Below are positions 27,270-35,630 of a DNA stretch of 51,905 nt, piece after piece. The translations under genes were made by a program, and so were the position numbers. Position 1 is the stretch's first letter; the number at the start of each line of letters is the position of its first letter. Source of the stretch: Gemmatimonadales bacterium (GTDB taxonomy: Bacteria > Gemmatimonadota > Gemmatimonadetes > Gemmatimonadales > GWC2-71-9); NCBI GenBank assembly GCA_035311125.1, contig DATGDE010000064.1, positions 1 through 51,905 of the forward strand, written 5' to 3'. The notes below the pieces were generated by a model that was not told where the DNA came from, searched no databases, and worked only from the letters and a program-made list of their open reading frames with translations.

Positions 27270-29931
27270 ACGGCCGCAGCCAGTAGTTCACCTTCACTTG
27301 CAGCACGTTGGTGGGCCGGTCGAGGAACAGGGCCTGACGGACGTCGTTGACCAGTCCGACGTTCACCGTGGAAAAATCGCCCGAGCGGGTCTGGCTCCAC
27401 ACGAAGAAGATCGTCGAGCCGGGGCGGTACTCCCAGCGCAGCACGGTGTTGACGCGCATCGAGCGGCTGCGGAAATCGGGGCTGTCGAAGGTGAACGGGG
27501 CAGCCGGCCCGGGGCCATCGGGATCCACGCTGTAGGTGTCGCCGGTGCGGACGATGGTGGAGCCGTTGTCCCGGCCGTAGCGCGTGAACGTGTACGACCG
27601 CCGGGCCGCAAGCTCCTTGAAGCCCTCGTAGTCGCCGATGAAGGTGAACGGCTGGGCGTACAACTGCAGGCTGAGGGAGCGCGAGAATGTGGCATTGATG
27701 CGGAGCGTGGCGTCGAGGCTCCGTTCCCGCAGACCCGCGAAGACGTATCGCCTGCCGAGCGTGGCCGTCGCTGTCGTGTCGCCGACGCGCGTGACGTACT
27801 GGGCGTCTCCCCAACCTGCGTCGTATTCCACGCCCAGGCTCAGGGACAGCGCTTTGCTCGGACGATACGTGAGCGACGGCAGCACGCTGAAGTACCATCC
27901 GCCGGCGGCGTTCCGCGTGTATGACGCGTAGGTGTAAGTGCTCACCTGCTTGCGGTTGTCCGAGTACGCCTCGCCCGCGGCCGTCCACCCGGCCGGCTTG
28001 CCGGCGACCGGCCCGCCGCGCGTCAACCGATCATCCAGCACTCCGCTGTTGTAGGTGAGGCTGACGTCCGCCTCCCAGAAGTTCCGGAACCGCCCGAACG
28101 CGTAGGCGTTGAACGCGCGTTGCAGGACATCCCCGTCGTAGTTCCAGCCCGACTTGGTCGAGACGTAGGCGTACGCCTGGCGGAATACCCGGCCCGGGCG
28201 CGTCCAGCGGTATCCGCCGGCGACGGCGGTCGAAGCGATGTCCACGCGCTCCTGAAAACCGAGATCGTTGATTTCGAAGCCCGGCGTCATGGTGCTGGCG
28301 GCGAGCGTCCATACCCAGTTCCCGCCGATCTTGTTGAGATACAGATCGGCGGCGGCCCCGCTGAGGGAGGTTGCGGTCGAGTCGTAGCGCAGGTGACGGG
28401 CGTCCGGACGCTGGTAGTAGCGATCCGGCGCCTGCTGGGCCGCCTGAATGGCGGCCACGTCGCCGCGCACCGCGGAACCGCTCACGCTGGCCGCGAGAGA
28501 ATACGCCTTGTCCCCCCAGCGGTGCTGGAAGTCCACTCCCCCCGCGTAGGCGCCGGCGGTGAGGAAGTCCAGCGTGGAACGGTCGAGATCCCGCTGCGTG
28601 GCGGTGCCCACGACGCCGAGGGTGGTCATGCCGCCACCGAAGTCGCGTTTCACCCGCGTCGCGAAATAATTGGTCAGCGGCTCGACTTCGTCGTAACGGC
28701 GGATCCCGGTCGTCGTATCCGCCACGGTCGCGTACTCCCGGGCGGTGAGCGCCTCGACGGTGCCGACCGACCATCCGTTCGCGGTTCTGCCGCTCAGTTG
28801 CGCGGCGCCGAGGATCGTGGTGTTCTCCGGCGTGGTGCTGAAGTCTCCGGAGGACGTCGGCTCCCCCTGCGGCGGTCGGCCGATGCGCCGCGAGTAGAAC
28901 AGCAGGGGGGTGTTGAACCGCGGGTTGATGCCGCCACCGGTGCTCCCGAACTTGAAGATGGAAGCGCCTTCGACGAAGAAGGGTCGGTGTTCGTCGAGGA
29001 ACTGCTCGAACTCCGTGAGGTTCACGAACGCCGGGTCGAGCTCCACCTGCCCGAAGTCCGGGTTCGCCGTGAGGTTGAGGGTGAAGTTCGGAGCCACGCC
29101 GGCCTTCAGGTCGAGGCCGGCGCCGCCGAAGGCCGTGTGGCCGTTGTCGAAGGGGTCGCCCGGGTGGTCCGGCCGGCGCAGGCGTTCTCGCGCGACCGTG
29201 TAAGGCAGCACCTCCAACGGGCGTGTGCTGTTCACCTCCTGGAGTCCGACCAGGTGCGCGAACCGCGAGGCGACCCCGCTCTCGGTCTTCGGGACGAACG
29301 GGAACAGCGCCAGCTCGTTCTTCCGTTCGATCCACCGCACGACGCGCACGCCCCACACCTGATCCTTCGCCGCGGAGAAGTGGAGCTGCGCGAACGGGAT
29401 GCGGATTTCCACGGTCCAGCCGAGCGAGTCCACGCGCGCCACGGCCTGCCACACGACGTCCCAGGAGTAGTCGAAGGCGTCGCCGTCGTCCCCGGCGACG
29501 GCGTCCCGCTGCACCCCCGCGGGGCTGACCGCGAACAGGAACGTCGTACGGTGATCGTGGTAGGTGTCCAGCATGACGCGAAACTCGTCGCTCGGCGTGG
29601 CGAAGTCGCGCCGCCCCAGCCGCTGGACGATGGCGGCCGGGTTGCGGTCGAACAGCCGTGCCCCCACATACAGCGCCGTGCGGTCGTACACGATGCGCAC
29701 CTCGGTGGCCTCCGATACCGGCTGTCCCTCGTCGGGATCGCTCTGCGTGAGGCTCGTGATCGGGGCGACCGATTGCCAGGCGGGGTCATCCAGCCGGCCG
29801 TCCAGCACCGGAGGCCGATCGATCCGCGCCGTCGACACCACCTGCGGGGCGACGAGAGCGGCGTGGCGCAGCAGCGTCGTGTCGGATAGCGCTCCCTGGA
29901 GTGCGAAGGTCGAGACGGCGAGGATCAGCAC
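27268..29931 (-). CDS. CBM9-like / DUF5916 family outer-membrane protein
   Basis: Signal-like N-terminus (V)LILAVSTFALQGALS, then IDRPPVLDGRLDDPAWQSV...VRIVYDRTALYVGARLFD (CBM9/DOMON-like). A long beta-rich C-terminal region ends in ...VKVNYWLRP. GTG 29931 is proposed as the start. Confidence 0.7.
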   Translation of the reverse strand: MLILAVSTFALQGALSDTTLLRHAALVAPQVVSTARIDRPPVLDGRLDDPAWQSVAPITSLTQSDPDEGQPVSEATEVRIVYDRTALYVGARLFDRNPAAIVQRLGRRDFATPSDEFRVMLDTYHDHRTTFLFAVSPAGVQRDAVAGDDGDAFDYSWDVVWQAVARVDSLGWTVEIRIPFAQLHFSAAKDQVWGVRVVRWIERKNELALFPFVPKTESGVASRFAHLVGLQEVNSTRPLEVLPYTVARERLRRPDHPGDPFDNGHTAFGGAGLDLKAGVAPNFTLNLTANPDFGQVELDPAFVNLTEFEQFLDEHRPFFVEGASIFKFGSTGGGINPRFNTPLLFYSRRIGRPPQGEPTSSGDFSTTPENTTILGAAQLSGRTANGWSVGTVEALTAREYATVADTTTGIRRYDEVEPLTNYFATRVKRDFGGGMTTLGVVGTATQRDLDRSTLDFLTAGAYAGGVDFQHRWGDKAYSLAASVSGSAVRGDVAAIQAAQQAPDRYYQRPDARHLRYDSTATSLSGAAADLYLNKIGGNWVWTLAASTMTPGFEINDLGFQERVDIASTAVAGGYRWTRPGRVFRQAYAYVSTKSGWNYDGDVLQRAFNAYAFGRFRNFWEADVSLTYNSGVLDDRLTRGGPVAGKPAGWTAAGEAYSDNRKQVSTYTYASYTRNAAGGWYFSVLPSLTYRPSKALSLSLGVEYDAGWGDAQYVTRVGDTTATATLGRRYVFAGLRERSLDATLRINATFSRSLSLQLYAQPFTFIGDYEGFKELAARRSYTFTRYGRDNGSTIVRTGDTYSVDPDGPGPAAPFTFDSPDFRSRSMRVNTVLRWEYRPGSTIFFVWSQTRSGDFSTVNVGLVNDVRQALFLDRPTNVLQVKVNYWLRP

Positions 29932-31100
29932 GGCGTGGTCTCCAGCGTGGCATTGAGAATGTGTTCCAGCACCAGCCTCGCGTCGAACCAGGTCGCCGCA
30001 ATGTCCCGCGCCGCCCGGCAATGCCGCTCGTAGTCGGCGTTGACGGCAGCGAGCGCGGCGGCCGCTTCCTCCAGAGTGGTGAACCGGAACAGGCCCTCGC
30101 CGTTGGGGAGATAGGCGCTGGGGCCGGTGTGCTGCACCACCGCCGGTTTCCCGCTGGCGAGGTAGCAGATCGTGCGGTCGGAGATCCAGGCGTTCTGGAG
30201 CTTCATGCAGGAGGGCTTGGCGCAGCTGAACTCCCCGCGCGACCGGCGGACGTATCCCCGGTACTGCTCAGGGCTCCCTGCGACGTCCTGGGAGCGCCGC
30301 ACCCGCCACCCGTGACGGTCGAGCAGCGCCAGATCGGCGCCGTCGTCCTTGGCGAGGTACAGCGCCAGCTCGAGCGGCTGCGTCGTGCGGCTCGCCAGCT
30401 CCACGAAATCGAGGAAGGAGACCCGCTTCGTGTTCTCGTAGAAGATCTCCTGCCCGTCCACCATCCCGCGCACCCACTGCCCGGACCACCAGCCGGCGAC
30501 CGTGGTGAAGGCCTCGCACCGTGGATCGAAGGTGTACGGCCAGAGGTCCAGGCAAACGGGCGGCCGGAAGGGGATCCAGGCGACCCCGCAATCGGGGAAA
30601 CGCGCCGCGGCGGTGCCGACCGTCTCCCCGATCGTCAGGTAGGCGTCGTGCGGCGGCACGTGCAGCTGGCCGGTGCTGATCCAGAACTGCAGAAGGCCCG
30701 GATCGATATCGACGAGCGCGCTGCGCCGCGCGCAGCCGAGCAGACGCGGATCGATGGCGTAGTGGAAGTTCAGCAGCAGATCGGCGCGCTTGAGGACGGA
30801 CTCGGCGACCCGGCGGGGAATTCGGACGAATTCGAGGACCGGCTCGCCACCGTTCGGCGCTTCGTCCTGCGTGTACAGCAGCACCTTGCCGTCGAGCCCG
30901 AAACGCTTCATCCGCTCGAAGAAGGTCGTCATCGCCTGCGCGTCGCGCGCGGGGTCCTTGCCGCGGCGGAACCGCTCCAGCCAGTACACGTCGCAGCCCG
31001 CCTGCCGCAGGCCGTGGACGTACTGCATGTACACCCAGAAGTGCCCGCCCCCTTCGGGGAAGCTGGCCACGTTGTAGGAGGAGACGACGACGGTCGCCAC
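29925..31100 (-). CDS. hypothetical protein, possibly a GT-B-like glycosyltransferase (function unassigned)
   Basis: 391 aa, high GC3, GTG start 12 nt after the upstream stop. N-terminus VVSSYNVASFPEGGGHFWVYMQYVHGLRQAG and C-terminal SDRTICYLASGKPAVV are loosely GT-B-like. Confident as a CDS, weak on function. Confidence 0.5.
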   Translation of the reverse strand: MATVVVSSYNVASFPEGGGHFWVYMQYVHGLRQAGCDVYWLERFRRGKDPARDAQAMTTFFERMKRFGLDGKVLLYTQDEAPNGGEPVLEFVRIPRRVAESVLKRADLLLNFHYAIDPRLLGCARRSALVDIDPGLLQFWISTGQLHVPPHDAYLTIGETVGTAAARFPDCGVAWIPFRPPVCLDLWPYTFDPRCEAFTTVAGWWSGQWVRGMVDGQEIFYENTKRVSFLDFVELASRTTQPLELALYLAKDDGADLALLDRHGWRVRRSQDVAGSPEQYRGYVRRSRGEFSCAKPSCMKLQNAWISDRTICYLASGKPAVVQHTGPSAYLPNGEGLFRFTTLEEAAAALAAVNADYERHCRAARDIAATWFDARLVLEHILNATLETTPC

Positions 31101-31112
31101 GGTCGGCCCCCG

Positions 31113-31784
31113 CTACCAGCGCTGCGCGCCAGCCACGAGGGCCGGTACGTCGCGAAAGCCGATCAGGCTGATACCCTGCGCATCGAGCACCGCACGCACG
31201 CCGGGATCGCACAGGGTGGCGACTTCCGCGTCCCGTTCGGCGGCGTAGCTCGATCGCAGCTCGGCGTCCGCATACCCGGGGTGGCAGATCAGCTCGGTGA
31301 TTCCATCGGCCACGCCCTCCGCCAACACACGCGCGAGCCCGGGGACGCTGATCTGCTCCAGGTGCGTCTCGCCGCTCCATTGGCCGTAGAACCGCGAGCA
31401 TACGTGGGCCGCGGAATGCCCGCGCAACGGCAGGTCGTGCCGCCGGGCGAACGCCGACACGTGGCGCAGGACGCCCGGGTCGCGGTGGGTGTCGTGATGC
31501 GTGTCGAGATGGGTCGGCGGCGAGCCGATGAGCGCTTCGAACCGCCGCATCTGGCGGTCGAGCTCCGCGGGGACATGCTCGGCCGCGACGCCGTCGAGAT
31601 CGAGGTGCAGTCCGACGCTGAGCTCGGGCGCGGCGTCCGCCAGCGCCGCCGCGGCCTCGCTCCCCGCGGCGTCCACCAGCAGGCTCGCGCTGGTGACGAT
31701 GCCGCGCTGGTGCGCCGCGACAATGCCGCGGCTGATGCCGCCGGTCAGGCCGAAGTCGTCCGCGTTCACGATCAGCAGCTTCAT
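31113..31784 (-). CDS. YdjC/ChbG/HpnK family carbohydrate deacetylase
   Basis: MKLLIVNADDFGLTGGISRGI...HLDTHH...: YdjC family motifs. ATGA overlap with the upstream kinase stop. Confidence 0.85.
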   Translation of the reverse strand: MKLLIVNADDFGLTGGISRGIVAAHQRGIVTSASLLVDAAGSEAAAALADAAPELSVGLHLDLDGVAAEHVPAELDRQMRRFEALIGSPPTHLDTHHDTHRDPGVLRHVSAFARRHDLPLRGHSAAHVCSRFYGQWSGETHLEQISVPGLARVLAEGVADGITELICHPGYADAELRSSYAAERDAEVATLCDPGVRAVLDAQGISLIGFRDVPALVAGAQRW

Positions 31785-32875
31785 CGCGGCCGCGCTCCGG
31801 TCTCGGGGAGCACCGGCCGCCAGTCGTCGAACCAGTCCGCGACCATCGCCAGCTCGTCGAACGCCCAGTCCGCGCCGTCCACCAGCAGCTCGACGGCCGG
31901 CCATACCGCGCGGTTCGCGAAGCGGGCGAATTCGGCCGTTTCGAACAGCGTGTTGAGCTCCCGGATCTCGGGCAGGCGCCACCCGGCCTGCGCGCCCTCC
32001 ATCGCTGTGCGGTAGCGATCGAGGATCCACGGACGCTCCTCCCGCGGAAAGCGGAGCAGGAACGTGGACAGGTCGTAGCTCGCCCACCCCACGCCGGCGT
32101 GATCCCAGTCGATGAGCCGGGCGCACCACGCATCGATGCGGGGCCCGTTCAACACGAACGCGTTGGTGGTCCAGAGGTCTCCGTGCAGCAGCACCTCGGG
32201 TCCGCCGCCCAGCTCCAGCATCAGCAGCCGGTCGGGGAGCTCGTGCTGCAGGGCCCGGAGCCGCTCCAGCAGGCGATCGCGTATCGCTTCCTGCTCGGGC
32301 GTCAGCGCGACCCGCGGCGGGCGTAACTGCTCGAGGCCCCGCACCGCATCGCGCACGTTGCCGGACAGGTAGGGCGCTCCGAGGTCGCCGCCGTGCGCGC
32401 GGCAATCCGGCAGAATGGCGTGGCCGGCGGACCGGACGTGCAGCGCCGCGATCAGGTCCACCACGGCGCCGACGCGCGCGCGATCGCCGGTCGCGGTGTC
32501 GAGGCGCGCTTCGCCGAGGTCCTCGTAGATCAGCCATATCCGCTGACCGTGCCGATCGGCCGCCGACCCCTCCAGCCGGGCGCCCGCGTCCGCCAGGCCG
32601 ATGGCCGGCAGCCAGCGGCGGGCCACCAGCTGATTGTGACGCGCCAGCGCGGGGTTGGAGGACTTGAGCATCAGCGAGCGGACGGCCCCCCCGCTCCCCG
32701 TCTCGAGCCGCACGCGATAGACGTTGGTCTTGAGCCGTCGCAGATCGAGGATGCGGGCTGCGACTCCGCGGCCCCCGCCGCAGATCTCCTGCAACGCGGC
32801 TCCCAGCTCGGCCGCGCCCGGCAGGCGTTCGGCCTCGAGGACGTCCCGCAATTCGCCCGTCGTCAGCACATCCAT
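31781..32875 (-). CDS. APH/ChoK-like phosphotransferase (kinase 2)
   Basis: VLLHGDLWTTNAFV (HxDxxxxN) and LIDWDHAGVG (metal-binding D). ATG 32875 overlaps the kinase 1 end by 13 nt. Confidence 0.75.
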   Translation of the reverse strand: MDVLTTGELRDVLEAERLPGAAELGAALQEICGGGRGVAARILDLRRLKTNVYRVRLETGSGGAVRSLMLKSSNPALARHNQLVARRWLPAIGLADAGARLEGSAADRHGQRIWLIYEDLGEARLDTATGDRARVGAVVDLIAALHVRSAGHAILPDCRAHGGDLGAPYLSGNVRDAVRGLEQLRPPRVALTPEQEAIRDRLLERLRALQHELPDRLLMLELGGGPEVLLHGDLWTTNAFVLNGPRIDAWCARLIDWDHAGVGWASYDLSTFLLRFPREERPWILDRYRTAMEGAQAGWRLPEIRELNTLFETAEFARFANRAVWPAVELLVDGADWAFDELAMVADWFDDWRPVLPETGARPR

Positions 32876-33864
32876 TCCAGGACTCCCGCGGTCCAGGCGG
32901 CATCGGCCAGGCGGCGCACCAGCACCTGCATGCTCGAGAGCTCCCGACTGAACATCCGGCGCGAATCGTACCGCAGGGTGGCGGTTTCCCAGTCGATGGC
33001 GGCCACCGTGCGCAGCACGTGCCCGATGCTCGCCAGGCGGCGCACCGTATCGAGCTCCAGCCCGGGCCGCCACTCGCGGGCGCACGCCCAGTAGCCGGCG
33101 ACGTCGATCCGGGTCAGATCGATGGCGGGCACGCCCCACCCGGCCGTTTCCCAGTCGATCGGGTAACAGGCGAGGCCGTTGCCGTTTGGGCGGAGGTACA
33201 CGTTCTTCGGTCGGAAATCGCCGTGCACCACGGTTGCGGGCAATCCCAGACACATGGCGTCGACGCGCGTCCAGCGCAATTCCAGCGCGTTCAGGACCGC
33301 GATGACCCCCTGAAGCATGGCGATGTCGTCGCGCGTCAGCTCGGGACCGGGCAGCCGCTGCTCGATCTTTTCCCGGGCGGCGCGCAGGTGGGCGAGGTAG
33401 CGCGCCGGGCCGCCGTCCGGAAGGAAGCGCGCGGCGACGAGGCCAGTCGCTGCCCCGTGCATCCGCGAGATCCACCGGGCGGCCAGCGCCAGATGGGTCG
33501 GAGTCTCCTCGGAGTACCGTTGGGTGCCGACATCCTCGAGAAAGATCCAGCGACCGCCATCGCGCCCCTCTCCGTCCGTCGGCCGGCTGCCATAGTAGTG
33601 GGGAGTCGTGACGGGCAGGTGCGGGAGGACGCGCTCGTACATGATCAGCTCGATGGACGCCTTCACGGCCGGCGTCCGCTTGGCGATCACGCTCTTGCCG
33701 GCCGGGCCGGCGCCCACCAGCCGGTACACCTCCGAGGTCTTGAGCCGGCGCAGCACCTCGACCCGCTCCGGTACATCCTGCGCGGCCCACATGCTGACCC
33801 ATGCCTGGACCGCGGGATGGGCCGCCAGGTCCTCGTGCAGCACCGCGATCGGCGCGCGACTCAT
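32863..33864 (-). CDS. APH/ChoK-like phosphotransferase (kinase 1)
   Basis: VVHGDFRPKNVYL and PIDWETAGWG. ATGA overlap with the ABC gene stop. Confidence 0.75.
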   Translation of the reverse strand: MSRAPIAVLHEDLAAHPAVQAWVSMWAAQDVPERVEVLRRLKTSEVYRLVGAGPAGKSVIAKRTPAVKASIELIMYERVLPHLPVTTPHYYGSRPTDGEGRDGGRWIFLEDVGTQRYSEETPTHLALAARWISRMHGAATGLVAARFLPDGGPARYLAHLRAAREKIEQRLPGPELTRDDIAMLQGVIAVLNALELRWTRVDAMCLGLPATVVHGDFRPKNVYLRPNGNGLACYPIDWETAGWGVPAIDLTRIDVAGYWACAREWRPGLELDTVRRLASIGHVLRTVAAIDWETATLRYDSRRMFSRELSSMQVLVRRLADAAWTAGVLEWMC

Positions 33865-35627
33865 CGTTCTCCACCCGTTCCGGCCACCGCCGCGACGGCG
33901 GGATCGTCCTTGCGAATCAGGCGCCCGCGCTCCAGCTGGAGCCGCACGTCGCACATCGTCCAGCTGCTCGGCCGGTGCGTGATCAGGAAGACCGTGCGGC
34001 TCGCCATCAGACGCTCCAGCGCCTCGAGGATCACCGCCTCGGTCTTCAGGTCCACCGAGCTGGTGGGCTCGTCGAGAATCAGCACGGGCGCGTCGCGGAG
34101 AAACGCCCGGGCGAGCGCGATGCGCTGACGCTCGCCGCCGGACATCTTCTGCCCCAGCTCGCCGACTTGGGTGTCGTAACCGCGCGGCAACCGGGAGATG
34201 AAGTCGTGCGCGTTGGCGGCCATCGCCGCCTGCTCGATGGCCTCCCGCGGGGCGCCGGGCCGGCCGTAGGCGACGTTCTCGGCGATGGTGGTCGAGAAGA
34301 GCAGGGGATGCTGCAGCACGATGGCGAACTGGCGCCGCAGGTCGGCGACGCGGTAATCGCGCAGATCCACCCCGTCGAGCAACACCACACCGCTCGTGGG
34401 GTCGTAAAAGCGGGTGAGCAAGCTCATCAGCGTGGACTTGCCGGCTCCGGTCGCTCCCGTGACCGCCACGCGAGTCCCCGGCTCGACCGTGAACGAGACG
34501 TCGCGCAGCACCGTGCGATCGGCGTCGTAGCCGAAGGACACACCGCGGAATTCCACCGCGCCGACGGCGTGCCCGAGCGGCCGCGCGTCCGGCCGCTCCG
34601 GCACGTCGGGGACCTCGTCCAGCAGGGTAAACGCGCGCTCGGCGCTCGCCAGGTAAGACTGCAGGCTGGCCGCCTTGCGGCTGATCGTGGACAGCGGCTG
34701 GTAGAGCTGCGCCAGGTAGCTCATGACCATCAGCAGCTCGCCCAGCGTCAGCACGCCGGCCCGGACGTGGCCGACCCCCAGGTAGAGCACGGCCGCCGTG
34801 CCCGCCGCAGTGGTCAACCCGACCCACAGCCCGAAGCGTCCCTCGATGAGCGCCAGCTGGAGGCGGGCGGCGACGCCCTCGCGGGCGCGACCCAGGAAAC
34901 GCTCGGTCTCGCGCGGCTCCTGGTTGAACGCCTTGACCACGCGCAGCGCTCCGAGGACTTCCTGCACGACATGCAGGGCCGAGCTTTCGAGCTTCTTGAC
35001 GGCCCGGGATTGCCCGCGCATGCGGCGCCGGAAGCTGCGCGAGAGCGTGAACAGGATGGGCGCGACGGCCAGCGCGACCGCAGCGAGCTGCCAGTCGAGG
35101 CGCGCGGTCACCGAGAGCATCGCTACCAGCGTGATCGTCGCCGAGATGAACGGGATGAGGCCGTCCACGGCTACGTACTGCAGCGCCGAGGCGTCGTACT
35201 GGATCCGGTACGCTGTGTCGGCGGTGCCGGTCGAGTCGTGGTAGGAGAGCGACAGTCGCTGGCTCTGCTCCAGCAGGCGGGACCGGAATCCCAGCACGAT
35301 GTGCTCGCCCACGTAGGCGCGCAGCCAGGTATTGAAAAGACTCTGCAACTGGGCCAGCAGCGTGACGGCCAGCAGGACGCCGATGGCGATCGCCAGTGAC
35401 GTTTCCGGTGAGTGCCAGGCGGCCGGGACCCACGCGGCCAGGGGACCGGGCAGGGGCCGCGTTCCGAGCACCGAGTCCACCACGATCTTCAATGGAAGCG
35501 GAACGAGCAGGGCGATGGGGGTGCTGAGCAACCCGAGCGCGAACAACACGCCGAGGTGCGGCCAGTAGGGACGCGCCTCTGCGAGCAGCCGCCGGTATAG
35601 AGTGAAGTCGCTGTAGGTAGCGGCCAT
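33861..35627 (-). CDS. ABC exporter, fused permease/ATPase
   Basis: Six-TM domain plus GATGAGKST, MSGGERQRIALARAF, LILDEPTSSVD. ATG lies 3 nt after the upstream stop. Confidence 0.9.
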   Translation of the reverse strand: MAATYSDFTLYRRLLAEARPYWPHLGVLFALGLLSTPIALLVPLPLKIVVDSVLGTRPLPGPLAAWVPAAWHSPETSLAIAIGVLLAVTLLAQLQSLFNTWLRAYVGEHIVLGFRSRLLEQSQRLSLSYHDSTGTADTAYRIQYDASALQYVAVDGLIPFISATITLVAMLSVTARLDWQLAAVALAVAPILFTLSRSFRRRMRGQSRAVKKLESSALHVVQEVLGALRVVKAFNQEPRETERFLGRAREGVAARLQLALIEGRFGLWVGLTTAAGTAAVLYLGVGHVRAGVLTLGELLMVMSYLAQLYQPLSTISRKAASLQSYLASAERAFTLLDEVPDVPERPDARPLGHAVGAVEFRGVSFGYDADRTVLRDVSFTVEPGTRVAVTGATGAGKSTLMSLLTRFYDPTSGVVLLDGVDLRDYRVADLRRQFAIVLQHPLLFSTTIAENVAYGRPGAPREAIEQAAMAANAHDFISRLPRGYDTQVGELGQKMSGGERQRIALARAFLRDAPVLILDEPTSSVDLKTEAVILEALERLMASRTVFLITHRPSSWTMCDVRLQLERGRLIRKDDPAVAAVAGTGGER

Positions 35628-35630
35628 CGG

